Positions 55,179 to 57,761 of a stretch of 57,761 nucleotides of DNA are shown in pieces. Origin of the DNA: Chloroflexia bacterium (GTDB lineage: Bacteria; Chloroflexota; Chloroflexia; Thermomicrobiales; CADCWN01); NCBI GenBank assembly GCA_039810045.1, contig JBDHWF010000005.1:1-57761 (forward strand). Direction: 5' to 3'. The notes below the pieces were generated by a model that worked only from the letters and a program-made list of their open reading frames with translations, ran no database searches and was not told where the DNA came from. Within the stretch, counting starts at the first letter, position 1. Each line of letters begins with the position of its first letter. A program made the position numbers and the translations under genes.

Positions 55179-56318
55179 GTGAGTCCACAACGGATGCGGC
55201 TACGCGACCTAGGGATTGTGATCGGTACAGGCACACCTGGCCCGCTCAATGCGATCACTGATGTCCCTGGTGTGCGGGTTGGGCACACCACCCTGATTAC
55301 TGGTGATGGCACCTTAGCGGTAGGCGCTGGCCCAGTGCGCACTGGGGTCACCGCCATTCACCCACACGAAGGCTCGGTCTTCACGGCGACTATCCCCGCC
55401 GCAATTACGGTGTTAAATGGGGCAGGTGAGATCACTGGGCGGTCACAGGTAGATGAGTGGGGGATTCTGGAATCCCCGATCTTGATCACCAATACCCTGT
55501 CAGTCGGTACGGTTCATCGTGGGTGTATCGACTGGATGGTTGCACGGGAACCAACATTGGGGCAACAAGATTTCGCCATTCCCGTCATTGCTGAAACCTA
55601 TGATGGGTTCCTCAATGATATTGCGGGGCAGCACGTCAGTATCGCCGATACGTTCGCGGCGCTCGATACTGCGACCAGCGGCCCCGTAGCTGAAGGGAAC
55701 GTTGGTGGTGGCACGGGGATGGCTCTCTTTGGGTTCAAAGGGGGCATTGGCACCGCCTCGCGCGTGGTACCGCTTGGCGAGCAACACTATACCGTAGGAG
55801 TGTTGGTGCAGGGCAATTTTGGGCGGCGGCCACAGCTCCTGATCGATGGTGTGCCAGTTGGGCTGGCGATCACTGATCTGTTACCAGAGGCAGGCCCAGA
55901 GTCAGCGGCTGCGGGCGAGCAGAAAGAGGGCTCGATTATCGTGGTCATTGCCACCGACCTTCCGCTGGCAGATCGGCAGCTTGCGCGCCTCTGTCGGCGG
56001 GGTGCGCTGGGGATCGCCCGTACTGGTGGAACCGCAGGCAACAGTTCTGGCGACCTGCTGATCGCTTTCTCGAATCCCCCGGCTGTGCGTGTGCCTCGGC
56101 ACACACCAGCCACTGACGTTTTTCTGACGACACCACGGTTACATGACAGGTTGATCGACCCGGTATTCAACGCCACCGTTGATGCTACCGCCGAGGCGAT
56201 TGGTAATGCCCTGGTCGCGGCAGAAACGATGACGGGCCGCGACGGGCACACCCTCCATGCGTTACCACACCAGCGATTGCGGGAAATCATGCGGGCGCAT
56301 GGGCGATTGCAGTCGTAG
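55179..56318 (+). CDS. P1/S58 family (DmpA/BapA-like) aminopeptidase
   Basis: NAITDVPGVRVGH, VRTGVTA, LNGAGE, EGNVGGGTG, VIATD.PL, GNSSGD processing site. Confidence 0.92.
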   Translation: MSPQRMRLRDLGIVIGTGTPGPLNAITDVPGVRVGHTTLITGDGTLAVGAGPVRTGVTAIHPHEGSVFTATIPAAITVLNGAGEITGRSQVDEWGILESPILITNTLSVGTVHRGCIDWMVAREPTLGQQDFAIPVIAETYDGFLNDIAGQHVSIADTFAALDTATSGPVAEGNVGGGTGMALFGFKGGIGTASRVVPLGEQHYTVGVLVQGNFGRRPQLLIDGVPVGLAITDLLPEAGPESAAAGEQKEGSIIVVIATDLPLADRQLARLCRRGALGIARTGGTAGNSSGDLLIAFSNPPAVRVPRHTPATDVFLTTPRLHDRLIDPVFNATVDATAEAIGNALVAAETMTGRDGHTLHALPHQRLREIMRAHGRLQS

Positions 56319-56330
56319 GAGGGCCGTTGC

Positions 56331-57761
56331 TCAGGTTGCCATAGGGACTATCTGTAGGGGAGTAGCGATCTGCTGACGTACCAGCAGGCACTCACCAGGC
56401 GCAAGGTCGTTGTGCTGCGCGGCGATCGTTGGTGATAAATGGAGGGCGCGTGCATAGGCGTGCTGTGCTTCTGGGGGGCAGGCAAAGAGCGCCAGCGTTG
56501 GGTGTAGTGCCAATAGTTGATCAACAAGGGTACGGGGCATTGCCGCGAATGACTCCGCCGCAGACCAGAGAGTGATACGTTGCTGTGCAACGAGGGTGAA
56601 TAACTCACCCAGCAGGGCTGGGCCAGTTGTTGCGGTTGCGACTGCCGTGAGATCATCGATAATCAGCAGTTGTTGCGGCTGTTCAGCGGCAGGTTGCTGA
56701 TAGAGTTGATCAAGAATGGCCCGCAAGGCGATCACCGTACACCCCAGACTTGATACGAGATGCTGCCCCGGTTGGTCAGGCTGTGCATCATAGATGGTGA
56801 CGCGGTGCTGATCGCGCTTTGGCACAGGAACGCGTTGCGCCCCGGTAGCGGCCAATAGTGCTGCTAGGTGTCGCGCTGGTTCACTGGTACTCTCTCGCAG
56901 ATGGGTGACTAACGCGCTGAGTTGGGCTGGTTCGCCCCAGGCCAGTTCGCCATCAGCCAACCCCAGCACCATCGCTGTCAGGTCGCCACACTCGTCTTCA
57001 CTCAAATCTGGGCAGAGATCGGTGAGCAGGCTAATGATCATCTTGGCCCAGTTGGTGACGCGCTCGGTTGAGGCTACGAGCGGTTGGTGCAACAAGGGTG
57101 TACCAAGGCTACTGAGCAGATCGCCAAGTTCCAGGGCTACTGCGTGATGGCGCCCTGCGGCTGCTGCGGCAAATGAGCGCCAGCCCCCACTTGTATCAAG
57201 CACCGTGATTGCGCGATCAGTCGCCAGTTGCCCGATTGCTAGGGTCTGCAAGACCACTGTTTGCGCCGTATTGATCTGGCCGATGGCACAGAACACTTCG
57301 TTGGGTACGAGATAGGTTGCAACACCATCACGGCGAAGGCCAAGCGGTAGGCCCTGATCATGGGCAATGGCTGAAGCAGGGAATGGCATAGCAGGCGTCA
57401 GCGGTGAGAGGAGCGCTGAACCACGTGTCGTCAGCAATAACCCACGTCCAAGCACGGGCGTGCTGAGTGGCGCACAAGAACGTAACATATCGTCACTACA
57501 GCCGGGCCCAAACGATGCCGCCAGGAACCCCAAGTGTTGGAGGGCTGTTTCCACATCGGCCCGCAGCGCCCGCGCCCCCGCTGGTTCCACGGAACAGGCG
57601 ATCAGCAACCGTGCTGGTCGTGGGCGATCTTCGCTCGTACTGCTTGCCGCCAGCAAGCTGAGTAACTCCCGTTGCTCAGCCAAAAGATCAGCAGTTTCCC
57701 CATGATCGCTCTGTCTACTGGGTCGACCAGCACGGCACCCCTCAATTTCATCGGTGATTGC
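56331..57761 (-). CDS. Degenerate VirB4/TraC (FtsK-HerA superfamily)-like protein; 5' end lies beyond the window
   Basis: The frame is open from 57761 (AITDEIEG...LLAEQRELL). Pattern .IGQINTAQT..ITVLDTSGGW..LLIIDDL..L..GECLLV follows the VirB4 C-terminal layout with broken Walker motifs. Confidence 0.6.
   Translation of the reverse strand, partial: AITDEIEGCRAGRPSRQSDHGETADLLAEQRELLSLLAASSTSEDRPRPARLLIACSVEPAGARALRADVETALQHLGFLAASFGPGCSDDMLRSCAPLSTPVLGRGLLLTTRGSALLSPLTPAMPFPASAIAHDQGLPLGLRRDGVATYLVPNEVFCAIGQINTAQTVVLQTLAIGQLATDRAITVLDTSGGWRSFAAAAAGRHHAVALELGDLLSSLGTPLLHQPLVASTERVTNWAKMIISLLTDLCPDLSEDECGDLTAMVLGLADGELAWGEPAQLSALVTHLRESTSEPARHLAALLAATGAQRVPVPKRDQHRVTIYDAQPDQPGQHLVSSLGCTVIALRAILDQLYQQPAAEQPQQLLIIDDLTAVATATTGPALLGELFTLVAQQRITLWSAAESFAAMPRTLVDQLLALHPTLALFACPPEAQHAYARALHLSPTIAAQHNDLAPGECLLVRQQIATPLQIVPMAT

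Noticed and set aside
56356-56366. AGGGGAGTAGC resembling the start of a yybP-ykoY riboswitch
   Set aside because: It lies inside the minus-strand CDS, with no downstream plus-strand gene and no rest of the motif.

Overview
A chromosomal segment, most likely from a Chloroflexota bacterium. That is inferred from the Chloroflexi-type YFxETGH...YFERARFE repeats, the alaS-baseplate-J-ruvX order and a T-box leader. It carries about 44 mostly housekeeping or metabolic CDSs and no recognisable prophage, IS, CRISPR, rRNA or tRNA. The main non-coding result is a DnaA-box-dense intergenic region at 47,630-48,180, the probable oriC, with no dnaA anywhere in the window. Five exact copies of a 17-bp pseudo-palindrome, GGTGTGAACGTGGACAG, lie at or next to intergenic sites over the 12 kb leading up to and into it. 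I do not recognise this motif; it is a candidate non-canonical centromere (parS-like) or origin-anchoring site. The ORF track misses the truncated gene at <1-235 (minus strand), which resembles NpmA/KamB 16S rRNA m1A1408 methyltransferases and has a Shine-Dalgarno-sequestering hairpin. Other notable items are an AAC(2')-I-like acetyltransferase, a CYTH/pseudo-uridine-kinase/CYTH protein, a PyrB fused only to the PyrI zinc domain, a degenerate ROK protein beside the origin, a degenerate VirB4-like ATPase, a structured opp leader and a perfect 50-bp palindrome. All family assignments come from motif reading and recalled family knowledge; no database searches were run.
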